This document shows, piece by piece, positions 1 through 12,830 of a DNA stretch of 57,360 nucleotides. The position numbers and the translations under genes were made by a program. Below the pieces are notes generated by a model. That model did not search any database, was not told where the DNA came from, and worked only from the letters and a program-made list of their open reading frames with translations. Positions within the stretch are counted from its first letter, which is position 1, and every line of letters starts with the position of its first letter. This DNA is from Parasitella parasitica NRRL 2501 (taxonomy: Eukaryota; Fungi; Mucoromycota): positions 1-57,360 of the forward strand of contig MU619403.1 of assembly GCA_025201805.1 (NCBI GenBank), in the 5' to 3' direction.

Positions 1-3000
1 AAAAAAAAAAAAAACATAATTACTCTTTTGAGGCAAGATATCATCCTCTGATACTATGCATACCACAGCTGCTAGTTTATGATAATAGCTGTATTCTTGA
101 GCGCTCTACACGATGATGTTATTTTCATAGTCCCCGCATGCTTATGGAAGAAGTTCTGCTAAAAAACCTCAAAAACAGATTAAGATGAAAAAATCAACAT
201 TTTGCTTAATCAAAGCGCATTGCCAGTCTTTCAGATCATGAAATGGTTTTTTACGATCATTTTCCTCCAATATATATTATAGTAAAATGTTGCATTTTTG
301 GGGTCTAAATCGAGGATAATGCATAATCGATGATTTTAGGTGTGTGGGTACAAGGAAAAAATCGAAAAAATCCGGCATTTTGCATCGAAAAAAAAATCAT
401 GCTCAAATTGCACCAAAATCATATATAATATAGTTTTTTCACAATGGATGCTATTTTCGCTGTTTTCAGGGCACTTTTGATTATGAAATCAATCAAAAAA
501 TGGCACACAAAGCTAAAGTTCTTGCTTTTAAGCTGTAAAAAATATCTACTTGGAGATGATATCACGTCAATATCACTTCTAGTACATAACACAATTCTAT
601 AAGGTAAGTAATTTTGATGCCACAAATATACATTTCTTCATAGTGATATGATAAAAAAAATGTGGCTCATCGAGTTGGAAGCAGAAGAAGTAATTAATTA
701 AAACAATGATTTTGCTGTAATAACCCCTTGTTATTTGTAAATAATTCGCAAGTTGCTAATTGCTAGTGACAGAGAAACCCTATTTCCATTGTTGCTTATA
801 ATAATGCTAAACATGTATAAAGAAAGTAGGATTGAGGTTTTGGGTAATTTTACTAACAAAAGTTAAGCTTCATAATTAGCTTCTGGTAGATTCCAGGTTC
901 CAGGCACTGTACTGTGGAGTAGCAAGTTCTGAATAGGGGATAACTCGCTATACCAAACACGTTTTTGTTAAAATAAGACCTGACTGTGTATACTTTCCTT
1001 GATATTGGATATGCAGACTTAACTCAAACAGATGTAACATAAAATGAAAATGCGAAGTTATATACCAATAAATAGAGAATGCCATTTGCTTAAATATGTT
1101 AATAAACGAGAAAAATGAAATGAACTGGTTGGTTTAAACTTAGATTCAGAAATAAACTGCCATTGTGTAAACGCATAATTTGACAGATACGTACAAGTAA
1201 TGCCTTATCAGTATATGCACTTTGATACCTTAATAGTTTAATACTATGATGGTTTCGTAATTTAGTTTAAATACCTTTGCAATTCTTTAAACTTGTCAAA
1301 ACATTTGAGCTTATTTAAATGTCTAATATCTAACGGATATATCTGAAATAATTTATCAACATTTAAACATTATGAATTCCATTGTATAGTGACCCGTTGG
1401 TAATTGTTCAGTTTCAAGATCTGAAGTACATATCGAGAGTGTCGATAAAGAATTTCTATTGTAATCAAAAATGAGATAGTAAAAAACCCCAAATAGTCAT
1501 TCATTAAAAAATACCTAGTGCTCCTGCACAATGGCTGTTTTATCAAAAATAAAATAGTTAGAGCTTCGCAATTTTGTATATCGTTATAAACGTTCTTTTC
1601 TTGGGCATTGTTAGTCTAAAATATAAATCTAAAAATCATAGTTGTATTTAATACTTCTTCTCCCTACTTGAAGTCTTCTTAAGGGGACATTTCTTTTCTC
1701 TCTGAAACTTCTCAGCTCTGATCAGAAATAAAAGGTTCATTGTCAGAAACCCTAATAATATTATCACAAACACCGTGGCATTCATTATTTACTTGAACGT
1801 TTTTGAAGAAACCATAAAAAACTGTAGCTTGTCCTAGATTATGTACAGACTCCACCTCCAAACTTCGCTTTCCAGATTGTTATTCCTGTTTGTGATGTTG
1901 CATTCGTTGCCTAGTAACCGTGTTCTGAGATTAACAAGTTTCTATCCAATAGCTGTGTTTAGGATACAGATCAAATCTTAGCGGTAATGTATTATACTCT
2001 GTATAATACATCATAAAGCGAGCATGAGTAGAAATGCGTAGTAGAATGGAATGACTTTATTTAGACATGGCAAAGAGACATAAGTGGTACCATTGAATGG
2101 CGGATCTTTATTCCAGTACAAAGTGGTGATATCCTATGACATTTGGTTCCTGAGGTCGGTGTTAAATCCTGATGAATGTTCTTCCATCAAAGCTACTAGG
2201 AACAACATTCTATCCTTTATACGTATCTAAGCTCTTGTCTTACTGGTAACTCGGAAACTCTTATCCACCAAGCTCCTAGGGATTGGTTCAAGGTGTACCC
2301 AATTATCCCTCATCCTAGATCATGGTCCAATTGCTGCGGCGCTGTCAAATAACTATAAATACCTTCAAAAAACATACACTAGTTTAAATCTTCATTCAAT
2401 CTTGGAATAGCAAAATAAATATATTCAGTTCTAATTGTATTTTTCTGGCTATATTTTGTTATTCTAAACAAGCTGAACTGACCCATGTAACAAAGCTAAA
2501 TAAATCCTTCACAGATTGACTAAAAGCTTGTCTCGATCCGCAATGATCAAAAACGTTGTATTGCGTATACGCAAATTGATCGAGTTGAAAGCATCTATCT
2601 GGCTATTCCAGAAATACGAAATTGAGCACTTCAAGGGACAACGTTTCAATGAGTGCTATTCTAATAGTTGAAGACTGACTTAGCGACAGCAAGCTGGATT
2701 CTAGTTTCTACATATGTGAGTTGCTTGTGTCTGTATACAAGTGTTTATACACACGTTTGTTTAACATACGCTAAGAATCAATTGAGAAAATACAAGATAA
2801 GTATACATATTACCAGTAGAGATACTACGGCGCACAGAGTCATTGACTGTAAGTTTGTAAAAATAGCGTCTCCCTTAGTTTCGAAGCTATACTTATAATT
2901 ACAGGAACAACTAACGAGAAGGCAGAAGCAAATACATTCTCAGACCCTGGATCCTAAAAGATGCTTATACGTAGCTCATCTGACCCGAGATGCTTTCGCA

Positions 3001-3569
3001 ACGTCTGCAGCTAATACCCTCACGACGCAAAGCTCCCCTCCCCCCAGGCCCGCAAAGTTCCTCTGGTCTGAAAGAACCAGTACAAACTCACGGTTAAGAA
3101 AAGAAAACAAGAAACAGTTTTTCGCATTGCTTCATTTCAGTCTGAGGGACTGCCCATCGTATCATAAGAGACTCATGCAAAGCAGCAAAGCTGCTCAAGA
3201 TGCTGAAGACTCTTTGGTTATCCAAACACAAGACCAGCATTTGAAGTCTGCTCAAATGAATTTAAAAAACCTGCAAAGGACCATTTTAATTGACGTTTGG
3301 GCAATTCAAATCGTTAGTAAAATTAAAAGCCTATCAGTAGTGATAGATTGCAGGGAGGGCTTTTCAGAATATGCCAGAGTGATTTACTAAGGTTTTCGGT
3401 ACCTGAGAGATCTATTCAACTTGGGATTTTGCGACATGTACAACCAAAGATGTCACCGTCCTGTGCATGTGCGGAGTGGTGAGTTTCTTTACAACATTGA
3501 GCCTTCCCCCCCTTTTTTTTTTGTTTTGCTTCTTTCTTTTCTTCAATTCTGATTTAAGACAGTAAAACC

Positions 3570-5184
3570 ATGATTAGTCTGAAGCCTGCGTATATTTCAT
3601 ATTTGGATGAGAAACAGATTGACAATCTGCGTCTGTACAAGTATGCTGCAGTTGATAAATCGCCAATTTCGAGATACATTCTGAAACACTACTGGGATTT
3701 TGCCATTAGTTTGTTTCCAAGATGGATAGCGCAAGTATTTTCGCATCTTGGATGGAAATTAGGAAATACACTAACGAGTGATTTTTGTTTAGTCCCAATT
3801 TGATCACTCTGATCGGCTTGTTTTTTATGATTGCAAATGTAATCGTTATTTGTATATGGTCTCCCAATCTTGATACCGATGCTCCCAACTGGATCAACTT
3901 TAGTTTTGCTGCTGGTCTTTGGCTGTACTCGACATTTGATAATGTAGATGGTCGACAAGCTCGCCGCACCGGCACCTCTTCTCCTTTGGGCGAACTGTTT
4001 GATCATGGCTGCGATGCTGTAAACTGTACTTATGTGGCTTTGCTGCAAGCTGCCGCTCTTGGGTTGGGTCATACCCCTTCTGCTGCAATTTTGCTTTTCG
4101 TTACAATTGCTGGTTTCTACCTTTCAACAGTGGAAGAGTATTATACAGGTGTTCTGTACTTGGGCTATGTGAACGGCCCTACTGAGGGAATCATTGTTAC
4201 TTGTTTGGCTTTTATTTGGTCTGGCATCTACGGTAAGTTGAGTTGCCGGGTTGACATGATAAATTTCTAATGCTAGTATATCGCATAGGTGTTGCCTCAT
4301 GGCACGTGCCTGTAAATGAGGTCTCATGGCTTGCTTGGACAACTTCAGTATTACCCAGTGGTACCACTTTTGCCGACGTGTTTGTATGGGGCATGGTTGG
4401 ATTCTTCCTTGTTACACATCTCCCAGTATGGTAAGATACTTGAAATTCACAAAGCGCTTGTTCCTGAATCCTTGATTTACTAGCGTTTATTCAATTGGCC
4501 ATGTTTCCAATGAAAAGGGACTCAACAGGAGATCCGTATTTGAAAACGTCTTTGTGCCATTGATCGTCACGGGCATCGTTATCTATACATGGCTATCATC
4601 ATCCTCATCCGTCGTCTTTACCGAGAATCACTTTATTGTATTTGCTATTTTCACTGGATTGCTGTTTGGAGAAATGGCATCTGACATCATCCTTGCGCAT
4701 TTAACAAGATCAGAATACCCTCGCTTTTTGAGCATTTATTTTCCATTATTCCTGACATCTCTGTTGGTAAACTTGCAAAGCTTCTTTCAAATGTAAGTAG
4801 AATTATATTTATGCGTCCGTCTTTTTTTACCTCTCGTTAACATATTATCTTGGTATTGGGAAACGCTAGTAAATTGGTTGATGAATATCTGTTGCTCATC
4901 CTGTTATGCTTCGTTAAATTTTACACCTATATTGTGAGAGCAGTTCGTGTCATAAATGCATTTTGTGATTTCTTGGGTATTCGCTGCCTCGTGATCCCTA
5001 CATCCAAACAAAGCGACAGATCTGTTGTGCCAAAAACACCAGGTAAAGGGTTGAGTGAATGGGAAATTTAAGTTACATGCAATGCTCACCTTTTTTTCTG
5101 CTTTTAGCTGAACAAGAAGCTGAATCCCTTTTGGTAGCCCAAGAAGAAGGAACAAGTCAACAGCAACAATACAATACTTTTTAA
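3570..5184 (+). CDS. CPT1: Choline/ethanolamine phosphotransferase (CDP-alcohol phosphatidyltransferase), multi-exon
   Basis: YKYAAVDKS...WIAPNLIT after splicing, and the CDP-alcohol motif DNVDGRQARRTGTSSPLGELFDHGCD. First intron 3731-3792 is GC-AG. Last intron 5043-5107, stop TAA 5182-5184. Confidence 0.93.
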
Positions 5185-5738
5185 ACGAAATATGTATGTT
5201 AACTTGTTTTCTAATGATCTGGTGATATTATATATATATATATACTTGACAAAAACATGAAATACCCTCTAGTAATAAAACCAAATTCGATTCGATTCAC
5301 TCGGTATCCTTATTTTTTTTTGAGGTCTAAAACTACAAGTTGTTTACCATCATAGCAAAAAATGGCTTCTTCAAGTCGATTTTTACCAGTCTTTTGACTT
5401 TGGCAACGTCCTGCCATGTCCTAATGAGACCATAATCGCCCAATGTGTACAATATACGGTACTTCCTCACATGCAGAGCACATCGAATGTTTAATCGATA
5501 AAAGCCCTCAAATTGTAGCTGAACATATATAGAATAACATATTCATCACTGAGAATAGGCCTACTTTTGAAGCTGGTATTAGGAATTCGATTGACAAGAT
5601 TAACTGATTTTAGACCGACTGAAGGAGACTGATGGATTCTCCTCCTTTGCTTGACGAAACAACATTAGATACAAGTTACAACTATAGATTGAATAATTTG
5701 ACAACGAATTTTAATTCTAAGTTTTATTTGCTAATAGA

Positions 5739-5741
<3 letters not shown>

Positions 5742-5810
<69 letters not shown>
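5742..5810 (+). repeat. poly(A) homopolymer of ~69 nt (length probably unreliable)
   Basis: Seen directly; similar long runs at 23568-23642 and 41652-41729. Confidence 0.9.
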
Positions 5811-5812
<2 letters not shown>

Positions 5813-6225
5813 CCATATTATTATGCTTTAAAACGACATAAAGAAAAAGAAAAAGATGAAAATGCAGAGGAAATTGATGAGAAAAAGTGCGAGTTAAAAT
5901 AATGAGAACAAGTTTGATTATTTTGCTTCATATATACGAAAAAAAAAAAAAAGTGGGGAGAAATAGAGAAATGAGAGCATATGGGGATTCCATTCTAAAT
6001 CATTACATCAAGTAAATTAGATTTAGAAAATGGAATGTGAGGTGTTTTTGTTGATATTATAGTATTTTTTGTGGGCTTTTTTTTTCGTCAAGGAGATAGT
6101 TCGTGAGTTGTATAAAGCTGTTGCAGACATGATAATGGTATTTTTTTTTGTTGATTTTCTGTGATATTTTCTTGATATTGTGGAATAAATAAATGCTGAT
6201 TGATTATTGAAAAAATTAAGGCTTA

Positions 6226-8362
6226 TTAGCAACCCACAGTACCAGCATTATTAGTCGAATGCCATGACATTCCAACCATATTTGACATCATATTATTAGT
6301 GTTGGTTTGTTGCTGTTGCTGTTGCTGTTGGTTGTTGTTGTTCAATGGAGGTAAATGCTGCTGAGAAGATTGAGATGCTTCGGGTTGTTGGTGGTGCTGT
6401 CTCCTGCGACGATCCTCTACACGTTGGTGAGTCTTCATATGCTGAGACAAGTTATCAGATCGAGAAAAGGTCTTGTGGCAGTTGGGGAACGTGCAGCCAA
6501 ACGGTCTTTCCATGGTATGAATTCTCATGTGGCGCTTGAGATGTTCCAAACGCTTGAACCGACGTTGACATTGAGGAATTGGACACGTATGGGACTTTTG
6601 CTGGTTCATGCTGCTGCTGTTTGTAGAAGATCTACGGGAAGAAGAGGCAGACTTGGTGGTAACAGTAGTAGGATTACTAGCCATAGTAGAATTAGCAGAC
6701 GATGAGGAAGCAGCAGCGGCGGCGACAACAGCAGCAGCAGCATTGATGCTGTTGTTGGCAGTTTCAGCACCAGGGCTTTGGAGAGGATAAGGGTGGTACG
6801 CGTAAGGTGCTTGGTGTTGATGTTGCTGCATCATGCTATTAGGATAGTTAAATCTATCATGCTCATTGGGAGAAGCGGTGGTAGGTGAGTGAGTTGGGCT
6901 TGAAGTGTTGTAGAAGGTATGATTCTGATGCTCATGATTGAGTAAAGACGAAACACCAACATTGGGAGATGCTGGAGTGTCTTGGATGAAATGCTGTTGA
7001 TGCTGATGGTGTTGATGAGGGTTAAAACCACGCATATACTGCTGATGCTGATGATGATGAAAGTTTGAGCTTTCCTAGATTAATTGAATGGGGGTTAGGT
7101 TATGCATCTAGTAATTAGTGTGCAACAATGGCAAGTCTTACCTGATCAGAGTAGCTGTGGCGATGACCATACATATCAATCATATCAAATGATTGAGATT
7201 GCTGGTGATGATGATGCTGTTGTTGTTGTTGTTGCTTTGCAAAGTAGGCTGGTGTTCTGTCATCAAATACTTGATGAGATTGCATGGGTCCATTCGAAGT
7301 AGAGACAGAGACAGCGGCGGCAACGGCAACAGCAGCAGCAGAGACAGCGGCAGCATGGTTGTTGTTAGCGTTAGTATTGCTGTTGTTGTTGTTGTTGTTG
7401 TTGTTATTGTTATTGTTGTTGTTGTTGTTACTATTGGTCTTCTTCTTTGAGCCACCTTGTTGAAGCATGTTTGCCTTCTTGGTATGAGTGCGGTAGTGAG
7501 CATGGAAGTTATCAGAACGACTAAAGCTTTTACCACAGCCAGCAAAGTGACACACATGAGGTCTTTTACCAGTGTGAACAAGCATGTGACGTTTGAGATG
7601 TTCATAACGCTTGAAACTCCAAGAGCAGTAAGGATACTTGCAAGCATGTTTGTGCTGAGTATTAGGGCCAGATAATTGAGCACGCGATCCACGACGAGAG
7701 CCTGTAGGAGCCTTTACGCTTGCAGCAGTACTAGCAGTAGTAGTAGACGAAGAAGTAGGACTAGTAGCAGTAGTGGTCATGGTAGGATTACCATATGAGT
7801 GGTGCTGATGATGTTGCATAGAGGTCAAAAAGCTGTAATCAGACTGTTGCTGGCATCTAACAGAAGCAGCGGCATTCGCAGCAGTGGAATAAGCGTTGTT
7901 TTCATGCTGATGATGATGATCATTCTGTTGAGTGCATTCATTATCCATAGAAACTGCTGAACATGAGCTTCTTCGATAGGCATCTTGATCATGCATTGAT
8001 GACGGATGCGGGATGCTTGTTCCGAATCCAAAGGGGCCTACATCTACAGAGAATTTGCGCTTGAACTGCATTGAATCAAACAGAACAGAGGAAGGAGATA
8101 CTGCTGGAGTAAGAGGAGGTGACATATGCTGGTGATAAATCATACCAGGATTGAATGAATTATAATTTGGAGCTGGTGGGGGAGGTAAGTAGGCAGATGA
8201 AGGGATAATACCTCTATTATCAACAATAGAGCAGCTTGGAGCTGGTGGAGAAGGTGTTGAATTATCTTCTAATTTAGGTAACTTGTCGATTCCAGGTAAC
8301 TTTTCGTTCATTAAGGGTGTGTTGGGCTGTTCGTAATTCGACATAATTTGTTGATGATTCAT
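6226..8362 (-). CDS. C2H2 zinc-finger transcription factor with two separated finger pairs (SteA/Ste12-like fingers) and Q/N/H-rich regions
   Basis: ORFs 7115-8362 and 6226-7035 are joined in frame by intron 7075-7141 (gtaaga...ctag). Finger pairs: [44 protein letters not shown] and [44 protein letters not shown]. Confidence 0.9.
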
Positions 8363-9935
8363 CTTCTGTTTGTCTTTCTATTATTTGTTGGGGAAAAGAG
8401 AGAAAGAGAAAGAAAGAGAGAGAGAGAAACAAACTCTGAAATTATATTTCATTATATACATTCAAAATCAATGATCGACACATAGAGAGGAGTACTTGGT
8501 GCCTAATAGATTACTCGATTAGTATAAAACTTTCTCCTTGTGATTCAAAGGAGTTGTATGTGTCTCTACTGTGTGCGTGTTTGTGTGTGCAAAAACAGGG
8601 GGGCACAGTGGGCTATCAAAAAGGAGCCCTTGTATATACAAACTGTACGCATTTTACTCCTTAAATTTTATTAATTATAGCAGTAAGGTTTATAAGCAGT
8701 AAGCTATCCTAAACGAGGTCTAAATTATATGATTGGTATAATTCTAGTAATATTATCAACAGTACACAGTGAAATATGCACAATGATATGCATTTGATTT
8801 TCTTTGTTTCTATCTCGAAATATGTCAATTACCATGACCATCAGAATAATGTCATAACGAACAACACATACATACACCCATAGACTAATACAAACTCGTA
8901 CTTTTCTTTGTAAATGGAGTTGCTCCATCTTTCTTGATGGCCTATTTTTTTAAGCACCCGCCGTACATTTTATTCGATTCATGTTTATATCATTCGAATT
9001 ATAGTTTCTTAATATTTCTCTCCTGACTAAGCAGTATGTGGAATCAAGGAGCTTCCGATAAGAAAGAGAACGCAGAACCTCGTGCTTTTAAAGAGATAAA
9101 TCAAGATATCCCCCTTTTTTTTTATATATATACATGAAAATTCAACTTGATGGTGGTTTTTACATGTCACTTATTAAAATGTACATGGTTTCCCCTTTTT
9201 TTTCTGTATTTTACACATTTAAACATATATATCATATGTTATTTTTATACTTGATACAAAGTTATCCCTTTTTTATGACAATTATCCATCATGGAACATG
9301 TTGGTTTGACATGTGGATGCAAAACAAACTAAAAAAAAAAAAAATAGTATTAAGGAACTGTAAATAAAACAACTTGTAAGCATTCATATAATTTTGGCAA
9401 TGTGTGTAATGCTTCTCTCCTAATGCAGTTATATATATCTATATCTTGATCTGTATTAAATTGACCCCTTTTATTTCTATGGATTTAAGTTTTTATTTAG
9501 TAGCATTGGTGCAATCTTTCATAATCAAATCATTGAAAGAAATCAAACCTAGTGATAAATTAGCAAAAATGACAATAAAAAGCATTGACATGATCCCTAC
9601 AGGACAGGAGCTATTGGCATTTCATAATATTTATGAACAACCTCCTTGTACACAAGACTTTGTGTACTTGTATTGACAATAAGGGATCCACAACAAGCAT
9701 AACGTCCGAGCCGGATTCGAGAAACAAAGAAAATTCAAATTTTTTTTTCGATCAACATCTTTACACCGGACCCCTAATCTCGGCGTTGTAGCAAGCCAAT
9801 ACTAGAGATGACACTCATGGCAGACTGAGTAAGATCCTCCTTTTTGCTTATCCACCCGTTTAAAGTACGTAGAGCAAAAAAAATAATAATGATGTATCCA
9901 TCCATCGATAAAAGAGATTAACAAGTCTGAATTAG

Positions 9936-10363
9936 ATGGCCAAGGACCAAAAGACCACCCAAAAGCGTTCCACTCTCGCTGATGTTGTCACCCGCGAGTA
10001 CACCATTCACATGCACAAGCATGTCTTTGGTCGCTCTTTGCGAAAGCGTTCTCCTCATGCCATCAAGGCTGTCAAGGCCTTTGCTCAAAAGGCTATGGGT
10101 ACCAAGGATGTCCGTCTTGATCCCTCTTTGAACAAGGCTATCTGGGCTCGTGGTGTTAAGCATCACAACCACCGTATTCGTGTCCGTATCGCTCGTAAGC
10201 GTAACGATGATGAGGATGCCAAGGAGAAGCTTTACTCTCTTGTCACCTATGTCCCTGTCGTCGACTTTAAGGGTATGTGTTAAATTTTGTTACATTTAAT
10301 TGATGTGCTGATAAATTTTCTGTCATAGGTCTTAACACTGAAGTCGTTGAGGATGAAAACTAA
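9936..10363 (+). CDS. RPL31: 60S ribosomal protein L31 (eL31)
   Basis: [13 protein letters not shown]...[36 protein letters not shown]. Intron 10273-10328, last exon [11 protein letters not shown]. Confidence 0.98.
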
Positions 10364-10889
10364 ATCATTATTTTGATTATCATACGCAATAAAATGACAA
10401 ACGTGGGTAGTTTTGTATTATTCAACTAGCAATTCGTTCACACACTTGGAACATGATTTTGAGGTGTGTTGTTGAGACATTGGTCACAACATCGTTTTGT
10501 ATGGTTGCCAGGGTCCACCTGTCAAATGTCGATCATTAAGATTTGAGTGCCTAGCAACAGGAAATATGTCCCTTGCCTTTAATATGTAGAAAAGAAGCTT
10601 CCAGTTAACCTCAACGCAGATTATCCCTTGATTTGCAAATGGATTATTTATGGATTGTACCCATCACTTTCTTTTACAGTAACCATTGGGCTTTACTATT
10701 AAATGGAGAGATTTATTTAAAAAGGAAAATAAAAATAAAAAGGTCATAGAGGGGCACAATAGTTAAGAAACTGAATTGCTCGCCAAGATAAGAAGTTGAA
10801 AAAACCCTCCCAAAAGTGAAGAGGGAAAAAGAAAAAAGTATTGAAGAATAAAGGGACATAATTATTCTGTCATGCGGGTTATCAATATA

Positions 10890-11330
10890 CCTTTTTGAGT
10901 TTCCATGGATATTTTTTAATTGGTTTATAATGGACATGTCGCAGTCAATATCTTGCAAAGAGAAAGGTGTGTTCGCGTTGTCCATAGGTGAGACAAACAT
11001 AAAATCTGTCAAAGAACGTTCATACAAATTTTCAACCATAGTTTTCAACTAGTTTACAAGGTTTTTTGACTTTCGTTTTTGTGTAGACTTTCGGCAATAG
11101 CCTACAATTGTGAAACCTTGTTCTTTTAAATCCATAATCTTTGATTGATGTTTAGTAACAGTGCTTGCTATGGTCTTGGCTAAGCGTGCCTATTTATAAA
11201 AAATAAACTTGAACATTGATTTTCTGTTGTGCCTAAGACAATCCTTATTGCCTTCGCTTCGGTCTCCAAAATGGTACGGTTGTCAGCTTGCGAAAAAATC
11301 GATGGTACTAGAGGATTGTTGATATATAAC
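10890..11330 (-). pseudogene. Degenerate serine-resolvase-like ORF
   Basis: Manual translation upstream of ORF 10713-11048 gives IMDLKEQGFTIVGYCRKSTQKRKSKNLVN*LKTMVENLYERSLTDFMFVSP. GYCRKS resembles the resolvase G-Y-x-R-x-S catalytic motif. There is an in-frame stop and the ORF is truncated. Confidence 0.5.
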
Positions 11331-12830
11331 GCTCGAGCCAAGTCCCTTTGTAAGTGACGGATGTGTAACAATGCTTCTGCCACCGCCAGAATCACTGCTG
11401 TGATCTTCCCCAGAAGGCCCGCTATCCACCTGCATGATCTCTCTGGATCGCAGTCGAGTTGAATCAAGCGTTGCATCAATTTGTTCACTTTGTGTTGAGG
11501 TAAGGAGATCTGCATCTGGCGAGTATCGATCTTGAATCCCATGAATTCTTGGTCCTTGCTGGGAGTCAGAATACTCTTCCCATGGTTGATCAAGAAGCCT
11601 AAGTCTTGTAGATGCTTTATTATTATTTGAACGACCTCCTTCAGTTTGCTCTTGGATTTCTCGAGGATGCAGATATCGTCGAGGTAATAAATCGAACGGA
11701 TGCCCTGAGCACGCAAAGGTTCTACTCTGTTTTCCAGCGTTAAATATTTTTGTGAATTTGGGTGAATTGGTACTACTACGTAAGCATCCCTGAGGTCCAC
11801 CTTGACCATATAATCGTCTGCTTCCACCAAATTCCGTAACGCCGGAATCCCCTCCATCTTGAAATGTTGCACTTGTAAGTGTTGGTTCAATTTCATACAG
11901 TCGAGGATTGGCCGACGTTTTGTGGGTTCTTGGATTGTGAAGAAATTGGAGAACGGTAAATGATACCCGCTTTTACAAACTTGGCTATCGCTGCATCTAC
12001 CGCTAGTTGCTCTGACAATGAGTGATGCATTTTCTTGATCTTCCAAGGGGATGGTTTGCTGACAAATTGGAGTTGACAGCCATCCCGAATTACTGACAGT
12101 GGCCAAGAATGGGAGATAATCTTCTTCCAGCTGTCTACAAAGTGCGACAAGCGCCCGCCTGGAAGGATCCCATCCTCTGGTATTGCATAATTATGTTGGG
12201 GGGGTTGATGGTTGCTGTTGAGTTGGTGGAGGCTTGGTGGTGGTCGTTGTTGATACCAGCGTTACTGGTTGTTGGTGTCGCAGGGCTGATTGTTGTTGTT
12301 GTTTTGGTAGGAACGATTGTAGTGTGGTTGAGGTCCCGTTCCCCGACCTCTGCCACGAAAAGGGCGGGTCTGGAATCCTCTGCCTCGACTTCCATTTCCG
12401 TAGCCGTAATGATTTGTTTGTGAACTTGCCTTTATTGGTTGCTTGAGAGGTGAGTTTTTGTTTAAAGGTTTCCTCATAATATTGTTCCAAGAAGTCTTCA
12501 CTTAAGGCAAATTTTTTCTCACTAGTGCTTTGGCGTTGTTGTTCCAAATGTTTGAGCGACGGTGGAAGGTTGATGGCCTTGAGTGTGAGTTCGCGGGCAT
12601 CTGCTTCTTGTAACTTGGCTGATCCGAAACCGTAAACGGCAAGTTGTCTGTTTGGGCGCAATGATCCAGTTCTTCGACGATGTCTTCGACGATGGGGGAA
12701 GGTAATGGACGATCTTGGTAACGTTCCTCTGTTTCCTGTATGACTTGTTGGGTTATGAGTTCGACGAGTTGGTTAATTTGATTCTGAGTAAATACTAGAG
12801 CATCTTATTGTTCAGTACTACTCATAGTAA
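11320..12830 (-). mobile_element. DIRS-type (tyrosine-recombinase) retrotransposon relic: gag-like plus reverse transcriptase fragments
   Basis: Gag-like ORF pieces 12191-12825. Pol start GGRLSHFVDSWKKI...WPLSVIRDG, RT motifs RPILDC, FKMEG, KVDLRDAY and YYLDD, then GFLINHGKSILTP. Frameshifts, stops and an internal deletion are present; no RNase H or YR is visible. Confidence 0.85.

Noticed and set aside
2169-2260. CTGATGA...GAAAC as a hammerhead ribozyme
   Set aside because: Stem II is not closed next to GAAA, and stems I/III could not be built.
5304-5312. GTATCCTTA, a U12-type donor-like motif
   Set aside because: Intergenic, downstream of the CPT1 stop. None of the introns I reconstructed has a U12 donor.
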